Shown piece by piece: positions 32,806-43,552 of a DNA stretch of 64,000 nt. The notes below the pieces were generated by a model. It was not told the DNA's origin and did no database searches. It saw nothing but the letters and a program-made list of their open reading frames with translations. Position 1 is the stretch's first letter; the number at the start of each line of letters is the position of its first letter. The position numbers and the translations under genes are program-made. This stretch comes from Candidatus Margulisiibacteriota bacterium (lineage in GTDB: Bacteria > Margulisbacteria > WOR-1 > O2-12-FULL-45-9 > XYB2-FULL-48-7): the NCBI GenBank assembly GCA_025453605.1, contig JALOPZ010000002.1, positions 292,482 through 356,481 on the forward strand. The letters run 5' to 3'.

Positions 32806-34184
32806 TGTTTCATCTTTAAGCGGGCCAGCAGTTCTTTACCGACATTGAAAATATCGCCGGCTCCCAGCGTCAGCACGATATCGCCAGCTCGCAACTCACC
32901 GGCCAGCGTCTGGGCGATCTGTTCTTTTTTCGGCAGGTAGGTGGTCTTATTAGCCGGAAGCTGGTCGGCGATCGTCTTGCCGGAGACGCCGGGGATCGGC
33001 TGCTCGGAGGCGGCGTAGATGTCGGTAATGATCACCTGATCGGCATCGCCAAAGGCGAGCGCGAACTGGTCCTTGAGCAAAAAGGTCCGGGTGTAGCGGT
33101 GCGGCTGAAAAACGCAAACGATGCGGCGGCCAGGCCACCCGGAACGGGCAGCCGCCAGAGTGGCCTTGATCTCGGTCGGGTGATGAGCGTAATCGTCGAT
33201 GATCAGCACTCCCCCCTGTTCGCCGACCGTCGAGAAACGGCGCCGAGCCCCGCAAAATGTCTGCAGCGCGCCGGCAATGGTGGCAAAATCGAGCGCGTAT
33301 TCCTGGCAGACGGCAAAGACCGCCAGGCTGTTTAAAACGTTCTGCCAGCCCGGGACAGAAAGGGCGACCTGGCCCTGCTCCTCACCGTTATGCAGCAGAG
33401 TATAGGTCGAGCCGAAACCGGCGAATTTCAGATCGATCGCGCCGTACTGCATCTCCGCGTCGAGGCCGTAGGTGATGAAACGGCGGTTGACCGCCTGGCG
33501 CAGGTGCTGGTTGTTCGGGTCGGTCCCGTCGATCGCGATAAACCCCTCGGGGTCGACCTTCTCGGCGAACTGTTCAAAGGTCGCGAACAGCTCCTCCATA
33601 CTGCCGAAGTGTTCCATATGATCGGCCTCGATGTTGGTGATCACCGCCGCGGTCGGCGCGTAATAGAGGAACGAGCTGTCCGATTCATCCGCCTCGGCGA
33701 CAAAATATTGGCCGGCCCCCAGTCTGGCGTTGCCGTCAGCGTAATCCATGTCGCAGCCGATCAAAAAGGTCGGGTCCAGCTTGGCTGCGTCCATGACCCG
33801 GGCGATCATCGCCGTGGTCGTGGTCTTGCCGTGCGTCCCGGCGACGGCGATCCGCTGGCGCGAACGCGCCATGATCCAGGCCAGGACCTCGGCCCGGCGG
33901 ACGATCTTGATCCCTTTGGCCCGCGCCTCTTTCATTTCCGGATTGTCTTCGCCGACCGCGGATGAATAGACCAGGACATCGGCATCCCGGACTTGCGACG
34001 CCTCGTGGCCGATCAGGATCTTGACCCCCAGGTCCTTGAGCCGGATCGTGTTCGGTCCTTCCTTGAGATCGGAGCCGCTGACCTTAAAGCCCATTTCGTG
34101 AAGAATGCGGGCCAGGCCGGAGACGCCGCAGCCGCCGATCCCGACCAGATGGATATTTTTGGCCCGTTCCAGCTCTAGGTCCAT
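32802..34184 (-). CDS. murC: UDP-N-acetylmuramate--L-alanine ligase
   Basis: GIGGCGVSG, AGTHGKTTTT, EADESD, DDYAHHPTEI, FQPHRYTRT. Confidence 0.97.
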   Translation of the reverse strand: MDLELERAKNIHLVGIGGCGVSGLARILHEMGFKVSGSDLKEGPNTIRLKDLGVKILIGHEASQVRDADVLVYSSAVGEDNPEMKEARAKGIKIVRRAEVLAWIMARSRQRIAVAGTHGKTTTTAMIARVMDAAKLDPTFLIGCDMDYADGNARLGAGQYFVAEADESDSSFLYYAPTAAVITNIEADHMEHFGSMEELFATFEQFAEKVDPEGFIAIDGTDPNNQHLRQAVNRRFITYGLDAEMQYGAIDLKFAGFGSTYTLLHNGEEQGQVALSVPGWQNVLNSLAVFAVCQEYALDFATIAGALQTFCGARRRFSTVGEQGGVLIIDDYAHHPTEIKATLAAARSGWPGRRIVCVFQPHRYTRTFLLKDQFALAFGDADQVIITDIYAASEQPIPGVSGKTIADQLPANKTTYLPKKEQIAQTLAGELRAGDIVLTLGAGDIFNVGKELLARLKMKQ

Positions 34185-35215
34185 ATTGCCTCGGCGATCC
34201 GTTTGGCCGCTTCCGGCCGGGCGAACTTCCGGGAGCGCGCGGCCAGCGCCGCCAGATCAAGCGCCCCGTCCTCGAGCAGCGCCAGGAGCCGCGCGGCGGT
34301 AAAATCCCGGTCGGCGATCTTGAGCGCCGCTCCCGCTTTGACCAGCGCATCGGCATTGTGGTCCTGATGCCCGGCCGCCGCGTACGGGTACGGGACCAGG
34401 ACCATCGGCAGACCGGCCGCGGTGAATTCGGCGATCGCCGTCGCGCCGGCCCGGCTAATGACCAGGTCAGCCGAGACTAAGGCCGCGGCCATGTTATCAA
34501 TATATTCAAGCGGCCGGTAAAAACCGTTCTTGAGCGCCGCGTAGCGCGGGAAATCGCGGCGGCCCAGACTGTGCACGATCTCCCATTTGCCTCCGTCGAT
34601 GTTCGGGAGCGCCGCGGCGACCGCTTGATTCAGGCGGCTGGCGCCCTGCGAACCGCCCAGGACCAGGAGGACTTTCTTGCTGCCGCCGCTGCGGCGGGTC
34701 GTGAAGATCTCGGCCCGGACCGGGTTGCCCACGACCTCTCCCTGGCAATATTCCAGCGACTCCGGAAAAGATAAAAAGATCCGGTCGGCCAGCCGAAAAG
34801 TAAGCTGGTTGGTCGCGCCGGGCAGGACGTTCTGCTCGTGGACGAAGACCTTGATCCCCAGCGCCTTGGCGGCCAAAACGACCGGCAGAGCGGTGTAGCC
34901 GCCGAACGAGAGGACCACTCTGGGGGTGAACGCCGCCAGCAGCGCCAGCGCCTGAAAAAAGCCGATCACCATCATCAAGGGGGCGGTAACCGCTTTGTAA
35001 GACACCCGACGGGTCAACTGACGCGCTTTGATCAGCTTCAGGCGAAAGCCGGCCCTCGGGATCAGCTCTTTTTCCAGCCCCTCTTCGCTGCCAATGAACA
35101 AGATATCGTCCTTCGTCCCTCGTCCCTCGAGCGCCTGAGCCACGGCTATTCCCGGGTAGATATGGCCACCCGTGCCGCCGGCCACGATCACAATTTTATG
35201 GTTTGCGTGAGACAT
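34175..35215 (-). CDS. murG: MurG GlcNAc transferase
   Basis: GGTGGHIYP, HEQN, GNPVR, GGSQG, SRAGA, HQDHNA. Confidence 0.96.
   Translation of the reverse strand: MSHANHKIVIVAGGTGGHIYPGIAVAQALEGRGTKDDILFIGSEEGLEKELIPRAGFRLKLIKARQLTRRVSYKAVTAPLMMVIGFFQALALLAAFTPRVVLSFGGYTALPVVLAAKALGIKVFVHEQNVLPGATNQLTFRLADRIFLSFPESLEYCQGEVVGNPVRAEIFTTRRSGGSKKVLLVLGGSQGASRLNQAVAAALPNIDGGKWEIVHSLGRRDFPRYAALKNGFYRPLEYIDNMAAALVSADLVISRAGATAIAEFTAAGLPMVLVPYPYAAAGHQDHNADALVKAGAALKIADRDFTAARLLALLEDGALDLAALAARSRKFARPEAAKRIAEAIWT
35105..35129. repeat. Heptamer tandem repeat (YTCGTCC)x3.5 inside murG
   Basis: atcgtcc ttcgtcc ctcgtcc ctcg; encodes EGRGTKDD. Confidence 0.78.
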
Positions 35216-36284
35216 TTAAGACCACTCCTACGGCAAAAAGATTGATGATGGTGGCGGTCCCGCCGTAACTGATGAACGGGAGCGGGATACCGGTAGTCGG
35301 GATGATCCCCAACACGACCATGATATTGATCATCGCCTGGATCGTTAACCAGCTGACCAGACCGACGGTCAGGTAGCGTTTAAATTCATCCCGGGTCGAC
35401 AGGGCGATCATAAAACCGCGCGCGGCAAAAAGGAGAAAAAGGCCGACGACGGCAGTGCCGCCGATAAAGCCGAGCTCTTCGCAGAGAATGGCAAAAATAA
35501 AATCGGTGAATTGCTGCGGCAGGTAGAAGAATTTTTGCCGCGACGCGCCCAGGCCCAAACCGAACAGCCCACCCGAGCCGACCGCCAGAAGCGATTGGAT
35601 GATGTGGAACCCGATCCCCTGCGGGTCCTGCCATGGATCAAGGTAAGCCAGCAGGCGGCGGAGGCGGTACGGTTCGGCGATACTGAGGCCGGTGATCGCC
35701 ATGATACCGAGCAGCGCCAACCCTCCCAGATGCCAGGCCTCGGCTCCGGCCACAAAGAGCATCACGAAAAAAGCGCCGGCAATGGTTAAATTCGTCCCCA
35801 TGTCCGGCTGTTTCATGATCAGGAGCGAAACCAGTCCCAACCAGAAGAGCGGCGGCAGAAAGCCACGGACCAGGCCAGTGATCTGCTCTTTGTGATCCGC
35901 CAGCCATTTGGCCAGGAAGACGACCAGGGCGAACTTGATCAGTTCCGAGGGTTGGAACGACAGGATCCCGAGATCGATCCAGCGGGAGGCCCCCAGGACC
36001 TTGCGTCCGACGCCGGGAATAAAGACCGCGATCAGCAAGGCGACCGCGATGATCATCAGCGGTACCGCCCTTTTTCTGAGGTTGTCCAGGTCAAGGCGAA
36101 AACCGTAATACAGAGCGGCTAGACCGAGCGCCAGGTAAAAGAGGTGACGTTTAACAAAGTAAAGAGTGTCACCCAGCTTCAGCGCCATGGTCGGGCTGGC
36201 CGAGAAGATCATTGTCAGGCCGACGGCGCAGAGAGCGATGACCGCGAAGAGGAACAGATAGTCTAGGTGTTTTGTTTTCGGCAT
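35196..36284 (-). CDS. ftsW: SEDS peptidoglycan polymerase FtsW
   Basis: GASRWI, FQPSELIK, QPDMG, TDFIFAILCEELG, LPFISYGG; lies between murD and murG. Confidence 0.93.
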   Translation of the reverse strand: MPKTKHLDYLFLFAVIALCAVGLTMIFSASPTMALKLGDTLYFVKRHLFYLALGLAALYYGFRLDLDNLRKRAVPLMIIAVALLIAVFIPGVGRKVLGASRWIDLGILSFQPSELIKFALVVFLAKWLADHKEQITGLVRGFLPPLFWLGLVSLLIMKQPDMGTNLTIAGAFFVMLFVAGAEAWHLGGLALLGIMAITGLSIAEPYRLRRLLAYLDPWQDPQGIGFHIIQSLLAVGSGGLFGLGLGASRQKFFYLPQQFTDFIFAILCEELGFIGGTAVVGLFLLFAARGFMIALSTRDEFKRYLTVGLVSWLTIQAMINIMVVLGIIPTTGIPLPFISYGGTATIINLFAVGVVLNVSRKP

Positions 36285-37510
36285 AGCTCCTTAAAAACCT
36301 TCCCCCGCTCCTCGTAATTGCTGAACATATCGAAACTGGCGCAGGCTGGTGAGAACAAAACCAGATCACCCGAGCCGGCCAGGGTCAGCGCTTGTCGGAC
36401 CGCCGGCTGAAGCGATGAAGAGCCGGCCGGGTAAATCGCTTGATAGTCGGCAGCCCGGAGCGCGGCTTCGAACCGGGGCGCCGCTTCACCGACCAGCACC
36501 ACCGCCTTGACCTGCCGCTTGATCTTGTCGACGAGCGGCTGCAGCTCTGTCCCTTTGTCGCGCCCGCCGAGGATCAGGACGATCCCCCGGCCGGGAAAGG
36601 TATCGATCGCTACCATGGTCGAGTCGGGATTCGTCCCCTTGGAATCGTTGTAGCACTCTACTCCGTTGACCGTCGCGGTGTATTCGATCCGGTGTTCCAC
36701 TCCGGGAAAAGTCCTTAAGACTTCAGCGACCGTGGCCCGATCGACACCGCACAGATAGGCAGCCTGCGCGGCGGCCAGCGCATTTTCCAGATTATGTTTC
36801 CCCGGGATCTTGATCTCTTCGGGCTTAAGGGTGATGATTTCTTTCGCTCTAGTTTTGGCGAAGCCCAGTACCCGGCACCTAGCCCCTAGCACCATCTTTT
36901 TGACCTCCGGGTCATCCTCATTGTAGACCAGGTAATCATCACCGGTCTGATTGGCAAAGATCCGCGCTTTTTGTTTGATGTATTCGGCCATGGTGTGATG
37001 CCGTTCCAGATGATCAGGCTGGATATTAAGGATGACGCTGATCGATGGCCGGAAGCTATCACAGGCCTCCAGCTGATAGCTGCTGACCTCGGCTACGACA
37101 TAATCGAGGAGCGAATCGTCGAGCTCGGCCAGCGGGGTGCCGATATTGCCGCCGACAAAGACCTTTTTCCCGGCCGCCTTAAGCATCTCGCCCAGCAGCG
37201 TCGTGGTCGTCGTCTTACCGTTGGTCCCGGTGATGGCGACGATCGGCTTGCTGATGAACCAGGAGGCCAGTTCCAGTTCAGAAACTATCCTGATCCCCCG
37301 GCGCCGGGCTTCAAGGAGGACCGGAATATCCAGGTGGACCCCGGGACTGACTACGATCAGGTCTGCCCCCTCGATGTCAGCTAAGGTGTGCGGGGCCACC
37401 TTGGAGTCGGTGGTCCTGACGATCGCTCCCAGCGCTGACAGCTTATTTCGGGCGGCGATCCCGCTTTTACCCAGACCGAAGATCGTCACCTTTTTATGCT
37501 TCAGATCCAT
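36263..37510 (-). CDS. murD: UDP-N-acetylmuramoyl-L-alanine--D-glutamate ligase (start set at MDLKH)
   Basis: GLGKSG, ITGTNGKTTTT, EVSSYQL, DHLERH, NDSKGTN, SPACASFD. Confidence 0.96.
   Translation of the reverse strand: MDLKHKKVTIFGLGKSGIAARNKLSALGAIVRTTDSKVAPHTLADIEGADLIVVSPGVHLDIPVLLEARRRGIRIVSELELASWFISKPIVAITGTNGKTTTTTLLGEMLKAAGKKVFVGGNIGTPLAELDDSLLDYVVAEVSSYQLEACDSFRPSISVILNIQPDHLERHHTMAEYIKQKARIFANQTGDDYLVYNEDDPEVKKMVLGARCRVLGFAKTRAKEIITLKPEEIKIPGKHNLENALAAAQAAYLCGVDRATVAEVLRTFPGVEHRIEYTATVNGVECYNDSKGTNPDSTMVAIDTFPGRGIVLILGGRDKGTELQPLVDKIKRQVKAVVLVGEAAPRFEAALRAADYQAIYPAGSSSLQPAVRQALTLAGSGDLVLFSPACASFDMFSNYEERGKVFKELCRKQNT
36864..36891. repeat. Degenerate heptamer repeat (CCYAGCA-like)x4 inside murD
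   Basis: cccagta cccggca cctagcc cctagca; encodes VLGARCRVLG. Confidence 0.6.
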
Positions 37511-38451
37511 ACGCCCGCTACCGCCAGAACGATCGCGACGGCCCAAAAAACGACGACGACGATCCATTCCTTGATCCCCAGCAATTCGAAGGTGTGGTGC
37601 AGCGGCGCCATCGGCAGGACCCGCCGCTTGAACAGCTTATAACTGCCGACCTGAACGATGACCGATAACGCTTCGATCACGAACAGGCCACCGATCAGCG
37701 CCAGCCGCAATTCCTCGCGCAGGATGACCGCCAGTCCCCCCAGCGCGGCGCCGACCGCCAGTGAACCGACATCCCCCATGAACAACTGGGCGCGGGGAAA
37801 ATTGTAATAGAGAAAGGCGAACAGCGCCCCGCCGGCGATCAGCGCGTAGGTCGCGGCATCGGTCTGTCCCAGCTGCAACGCCAGTATGGCCAGAGCGAGA
37901 AAAGCGATCGTCCCGGTGCCGGCCAGCAGGCCGTTCAGCCCGTCGGTCAGGTTGGTCGCGTTGGCCGCGCCGACGATAATGAAAGTAACAAAGAACGGAT
38001 ACAACAATCCCTGATAAAGTCCGAGCCGGGGGACGATCCCAACCGTCCCCAGATTGTGCCCCAGCCAGGTCAGGACAATGGCAAAAGCGCCGGCGGCCGC
38101 GGTCTGCAATAATATTTTTTCCCAGAAGGTTAAGCCGAGATTGCGCCGGAAATAAATCTTGATCAGATCGTCGGCCAGGCCGATCAGGGCGAAGGCGAGC
38201 GTCAACAGGACCAGCGCCAGATAGGCAGGGTGGAATTCAACGTTGATCAGGATCAGCGCCATGATCAGGATCGTCAGCACAAAACCGACCCCCCCCATGG
38301 TCGGGGTGCCGGTTTTGGCCTGATGCGTTGCCGGGCCTTCTGCCCTGATCGTTTGTCCCGCCTTAAGCAAGCGGAGCAGCCGGAGAACGGGGAACGTCAG
38401 CAGCAGGGATAGCACGGCTGCTGACAACCAGATCGCGATCGAGTTTAGCAC
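37501..38451 (-). CDS. mraY: Phospho-N-acetylmuramoyl-pentapeptide transferase
   Basis: KTGTPTMGG, NATNLTDGLNGL, FMGDVGS, EALSVIVQV, MAPLHH. Confidence 0.96.
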   Translation of the reverse strand: MLNSIAIWLSAAVLSLLLTFPVLRLLRLLKAGQTIRAEGPATHQAKTGTPTMGGVGFVLTILIMALILINVEFHPAYLALVLLTLAFALIGLADDLIKIYFRRNLGLTFWEKILLQTAAAGAFAIVLTWLGHNLGTVGIVPRLGLYQGLLYPFFVTFIIVGAANATNLTDGLNGLLAGTGTIAFLALAILALQLGQTDAATYALIAGGALFAFLYYNFPRAQLFMGDVGSLAVGAALGGLAVILREELRLALIGGLFVIEALSVIVQVGSYKLFKRRVLPMAPLHHTFELLGIKEWIVVVVFWAVAIVLAVAGVWI

Positions 38452-38486
38452 CTGTCCATTTTACAATAATTCACGCCGGGCGGCAA

Positions 38487-38521
38487 TAAAAAAGCCTCCC
38501 GTGATCGCTCACGGGAGGCTT
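38487..38521 (-). terminator. Intrinsic terminator
   Basis: 13-bp stem aagcctcccgtga/tcacgggaggctt, 4-nt loop, T run on the - strand. Confidence 0.88.
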
Positions 38522-38539
38522 GGCAAAATAAACTACACC

Positions 38540-39052
38540 TTAGAAATAAAGTCTTCCACCAGTGTAAACTTGCGGGTTGTTCTGCCCGACAACCCAGTTC
38601 GTCGCTCCATTGGCTGAGGTCAGCGAGAAAGCGGTCATGTCGGCAAAAAGCGTCAGGTTCGGCGCGAACATGTACTCCGCCCCGATCAGAACGGCGATCG
38701 TGACCGTGCCGTTGCCGGTCGAATTATAGAGCACCCCCGGCCCCCAGTAGGTGACCAGGTTGTCATTGACCTTGCTCAGCGGAAGCTGGGCACTACCGAA
38801 CACGGTAATGGTGGTCGTGTTGGCCGCATTGGCGATCGAGCCGCCGATATCCATGCTCCAGCCGCCCATCCCAAAATGAGCCGCCGGGCAGCCGATCGAC
38901 GTCAGGGTTACCCCGGTCAGGCCCATCATCGTGGAACCGGAAGAAGCGGTCGTGCTGGTCGTGACCTTCTTGACCGGGGTTGCCGGAGCGGCAACGGCGG
39001 CCAGAGAGAGGACCATCACCAGTAAAAGAATCGAAGAAAAGATCTTTTTCAT
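38540..39052 (-). CDS. Small outer-membrane beta-barrel protein (putative)
   Basis: AGGAGG RBS before MKKIF; signal peptide; alternating beta strands; GAEYMFAPNLTLFA; C-terminal GGRLYF. Confidence 0.7.
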   Translation of the reverse strand: MKKIFSSILLLVMVLSLAAVAAPATPVKKVTTSTTASSGSTMMGLTGVTLTSIGCPAAHFGMGGWSMDIGGSIANAANTTTITVFGSAQLPLSKVNDNLVTYWGPGVLYNSTGNGTVTIAVLIGAEYMFAPNLTLFADMTAFSLTSANGATNWVVGQNNPQVYTGGRLYF

Positions 39053-39091
39053 GTATTTCACCTCCTTTTAGTTTGATCTGACAGTTGAGGC

Positions 39092-39751
39092 CTATTTGCC
39101 TTTGAAGATATTATGCAGGAAATCGGCCGCCATGTCCTTGCAGCCGAGGCCAAAAGCGATCGCCGCCGCCAGGGCCGGCGCGCCCAGAACGATGTCGAGC
39201 TTGCCGATGATCGAGCTCGGCCGCACGCCCAGCTGCGCGAGTGCGGCCAGGAAAGTGAACAGTATGACCAGATAGTAGACCAGCCGGGCTAAAGACTTAC
39301 CACCGTCAACCCCAAAATTAAGCGCCACAAGCTTGACCAGATTGGCGATCAGGGAGGCCAGGAAGAGACCGATCCCCAGGACGATCGCCACCATGACGAC
39401 CGAGCCGAGGTACATTACCAGCTTGGCGATCGCCGGTTCGATCTTAACTCCGCCCAGCTTCGCGACGCCGATCACGGTGATCAGCAGAATCGCCCAGTAA
39501 CAGAGCTCCCCGATTATGTCGGTCAGGCTCTTTTTGATTTCGCCCTTTTCCAGTACAGTGTTAAACTTGACCGTTTTGCTCCCTTTATCCAGCTGGACCA
39601 GCTTTAGAACATAGACCACGGCGGTGGCCAGCCCGCGGGCAAGCAGAAATCCGGCCAGTAATAAAACCAAGGCGGTGACAAAGGTGGCAATTAGCGGCGA
39701 AATGACCGACCAGGCGGCCGCAAACGGGGCCAATGACTGAACAGAATCCAT
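39092..39751 (-). CDS. CmpX-like / mechanosensitive-channel TM-helix membrane protein
   Basis: Multiple TM helices; AALAQLGV and ALAAAIAFGLGCKDMAAD are typical of this family. Confidence 0.75.
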   Translation of the reverse strand: MDSVQSLAPFAAAWSVISPLIATFVTALVLLLAGFLLARGLATAVVYVLKLVQLDKGSKTVKFNTVLEKGEIKKSLTDIIGELCYWAILLITVIGVAKLGGVKIEPAIAKLVMYLGSVVMVAIVLGIGLFLASLIANLVKLVALNFGVDGGKSLARLVYYLVILFTFLAALAQLGVRPSSIIGKLDIVLGAPALAAAIAFGLGCKDMAADFLHNIFKGK

Positions 39752-39773
39752 GTGACGCCTCCTTTAAGCCTTA

Positions 39774-39995
39774 TCAGGCTTTGAACATGGCCAGTAGCAC
39801 AGAAACGACCATAAAAGCGATCGCCAATCCCCAGGTGATCCGGTCCAGGCTCTCTTCCATCCCCTTCGGCGTGCCGAACAGCTTGGCCGAACCGCCGATC
39901 CCGCCCAACCCCTCGCCCTTAGCGGTGTGCAGCAGGACAGCTACGATCAGCAGGACCGCGGTCAGGAACTGGACCAGCAGCAATAATGTTTTCAT
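39774..39995 (-). CDS. secG: Preprotein translocase subunit SecG
   Basis: VLLHTAKGEGLGGIGG...LF...LDRITW, two TM helices. Confidence 0.92.
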   Translation of the reverse strand: MKTLLLLVQFLTAVLLIVAVLLHTAKGEGLGGIGGSAKLFGTPKGMEESLDRITWGLAIAFMVVSVLLAMFKA

Positions 39996-40011
39996 TTTTC
40001 ATCCTTTTATT

Positions 40012-40084
40012 TGGAGGTGAGCGGGATCGAACCGCTGGCCTCGGCGTTGCGAACGCCGCGCTCTCCCAACTGAGCTACACCCCC
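40012..40084 (-). tRNA. tRNA-Ala (anticodon CGC), CCA not encoded
   Basis: GGGGGTGTAGCTCAGTTGGGAGAGCGCGGCGTTCGCAACGCCGAGGCCAGCGGTTCGATCCCGCTCACCTCCA; cloverleaf with G3:U70. Confidence 0.96.
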
Positions 40085-40088
40085 GCGA

Positions 40089-41285
40089 CTACTTATCCTG
40101 CAAACAGGCAATGCCCGGCAGGGTCTTCCCCTCAACAAACTCGAGAGAGGCGCCGCCTCCCGTCGAGATATGGGTCATTTTATCGGCCAGTCCGGCTTGC
40201 TCGACCGCCGCGACCGAGTCCCCGCCGCCGATCACCGAGATCGCCCCTTTGGCGGTCGCGGCGGCGACCGTTTTAGCGATCGAGATCGTCCCGTTGGCGA
40301 ATTTGGGGAATTCAAAAACCCCCATCGGTCCGTTCCAGAAGATGGTTTTGGCTTTCTTGATGGCATGGCCGAATTTAGTGATGGTTTCCGGCCCGATATC
40401 CATCCCCTGCCATTCGGCCGGGATCCCCGCTCTGGTGACGATCTGCGAATTGGCGTTGGCGTCGAACTTCTCGGCCACGACGTGGTCGATCGGCAGCATC
40501 AACGGGATGCCGCGGTCGATCGCCTGCTTGAGCGTTTCTTTGGCCAGCGCGATCTTGTCGGTCTCCACCAGCGACTTGCCGACCTCGACTCCGCGCGCCT
40601 TAAAAAAGGTGTACGCCATGCCGCCGCCGATGATTAAAGTGTCGACCTTATTGATCAGGCTGGCGATCACATCGATCTTGCCGGAGATCTTGGCGCCGCC
40701 CAAAATAGCGACGAACGGCCGCGGCGGATTCTCCAGCAGTTGACCGAGGAACTTGATCTCCTTTTCCATCAGGTAGCCGGCGTAACCTTTCAGGTACTTG
40801 GTCACCCCTTCGGTCGAGGCGTGTGCCCGGTGGGCGGTGCCGAATGCATCATTAACATAAATATCGGCCAGGGCGGCCAGCTTTTTGGCGAACGCCGGGT
40901 CGTTCTTCTCTTCTTCTTTATAGAAGCGGACGTTCTCCAACAGGAGGACAGAACCGGACTTAAGGTCGGCAACCGCCTTCTCTACTTCCGGGCCGATACA
41001 ATCCTTAACGTAAGCAACCGGTCGGGGGAGCAGTTCGGCGAGTTTTTTGGCGACCGGGGCCAGGCGCAGCTTATCGTCGGGACCGGCCTTGGGGCGGCCA
41101 AGATGAGAGACGAGAATGACCCGGGCACCCTGATCGGCCAGGTAAGTGATCGTCGGGAGGGCCGCTCGGATCCGGGTATCGTCGGTGATCTGCTGCCGAT
41201 CGTTAAGCGGCACGTTAAAATCGACCCGGACCAGGACCCGTCGATCTTTCAGCTGCTTAATGTCCTCGACCGTCTGCTTGGCCAT
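40089..41285 (-). CDS. pgk: Phosphoglycerate kinase (start set at MAKQT)
   Basis: [46 protein letters not shown]. Confidence 0.98.
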   Translation of the reverse strand: MAKQTVEDIKQLKDRRVLVRVDFNVPLNDRQQITDDTRIRAALPTITYLADQGARVILVSHLGRPKAGPDDKLRLAPVAKKLAELLPRPVAYVKDCIGPEVEKAVADLKSGSVLLLENVRFYKEEEKNDPAFAKKLAALADIYVNDAFGTAHRAHASTEGVTKYLKGYAGYLMEKEIKFLGQLLENPPRPFVAILGGAKISGKIDVIASLINKVDTLIIGGGMAYTFFKARGVEVGKSLVETDKIALAKETLKQAIDRGIPLMLPIDHVVAEKFDANANSQIVTRAGIPAEWQGMDIGPETITKFGHAIKKAKTIFWNGPMGVFEFPKFANGTISIAKTVAAATAKGAISVIGGGDSVAAVEQAGLADKMTHISTGGGASLEFVEGKTLPGIACLQDK

Positions 41286-41293
41286 TACCGCTC

Positions 41294-42346
<1,053 letters not shown>

Positions 42347-42388
42347 TTACCTTTCTATTTCTGTTTTTACGACCTCACGATCAGGCGA

Positions 42389-42411
42389 ATTATAGCAACA
42401 TTTGCTATAAT
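42389..42411. promoter_or_regulatory. Back-to-back extended -10 promoters (gap / lptC-A)
   Basis: attatagcaa-cat-ttgctataat: TGCTATAAT on both strands, forming a 10-bp inverted repeat. Confidence 0.7.
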
Positions 42412-42418
42412 GGTCAAC

Positions 42419-43552
42419 ATGGAAGAGAACCTTTCCTGGAAAAGTATTTTTTGGGGCGTCTTCTTCTCGCTATTTATCCTTGCGCTGACCTATCTGCTGA
42501 TCTCGCCGCGCGAGAACACCTTTTTCACCCGTGATAAAAGCGATAAGCTGGCCGAATTTCGGGAAACCAGGGTCGTCGGCCGCCAGGATGGCCGGACCGT
42601 TTGGGAGATGGTCGCGGCCGGCGGCTGGTCCGATAAAGCCCAGGAGATCACCCATTTAAGCGGGATCAGCAAGGGGAAGATCCTGAACCGGGAAGGCCGG
42701 ACGGTGCTGGCCAACCTGACCGCCCCCAACGGCCGGGCCTGGCGGCATAGCGAGGTCGTTGAAGCGGACGGCGGCGTGACCGCCGTTCTTGACCTGGGTA
42801 AATTCAGCCGGGTCCCGAAGCAAGAACGGGAGTGGACCAGCCTCCGCGGCGATTCGATCAAGTATTTTCCGACCGAGAAACGGTCCGAGGTCCGGGGCCG
42901 GATCAGACTGCAGAAAAAAGAGAGCGTGATCCGGGCCGACGAGCTCAATATCGACCAGGAGAAAAAAACGGCGGTCTTTAACGGCGGGATCAATCTAACG
43001 CGGCGGGACAGTGACCTCCGCGCTGCCTCTCTGGAATATTGGGGGGAGACCGAAGCGTTGGCGGCCCGGGGCGAGATCGACCTCCGTTTAAAAGAGAGCC
43101 GGACCCGCACCGCCATCCGCTGCGATCGGGCCGATCTGTTTGTCGACCTGAACAAGGATATCGCGCTGCAGGGGAGCCTGGAGGTCGTTCAGGGGAAGAA
43201 ACGGTCCCGGGCTGAAAGCGGCCTCTACTCGCGCGCGCAACAGAAACTCCGGCTGCGCGGCCGGACCGTAACGGTGCTGGAGAACAAAACAGTGATCAGA
43301 GCGGAGGAGATGCTCTATTCTCTCCGGAACGGCGACGCCTGGGCGTCCGGAAACGTGGAAGCGACGCAAAAGGAGCGCCAGGCCCGGTCCGACAGCGCTT
43401 TTTACGACGACCGGAACGAAACCGTAACCCTGCAGGGGAACGTCACCCTGAAACGGGGGACCGAATGGCTCCGCTGCCGCCAGGTCACAATCTCGGTCAA
43501 GAAAGAGACCTTTGAAGCGCGCGGGGTCGCGGACAGCAGTTTTAACCTCTAA
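42419..43552 (+). CDS. LptC/LptA (OstA-repeat) LPS transport periplasmic protein
   Basis: N-terminal TM helix, GRQDGRTVWEMVA (LptC-like), repeated IRAD/E...GNV beta-jellyroll motifs; real start MEENL. Confidence 0.75.
   Translation: MEENLSWKSIFWGVFFSLFILALTYLLISPRENTFFTRDKSDKLAEFRETRVVGRQDGRTVWEMVAAGGWSDKAQEITHLSGISKGKILNREGRTVLANLTAPNGRAWRHSEVVEADGGVTAVLDLGKFSRVPKQEREWTSLRGDSIKYFPTEKRSEVRGRIRLQKKESVIRADELNIDQEKKTAVFNGGINLTRRDSDLRAASLEYWGETEALAARGEIDLRLKESRTRTAIRCDRADLFVDLNKDIALQGSLEVVQGKKRSRAESGLYSRAQQKLRLRGRTVTVLENKTVIRAEEMLYSLRNGDAWASGNVEATQKERQARSDSAFYDDRNETVTLQGNVTLKRGTEWLRCRQVTISVKKETFEARGVADSSFNL

Noticed and set aside
40012-40084. tRNA-Ala as an integration site
   Set aside because: It is flanked directly by pgk and secG, with no duplicated 3' end or integrase.
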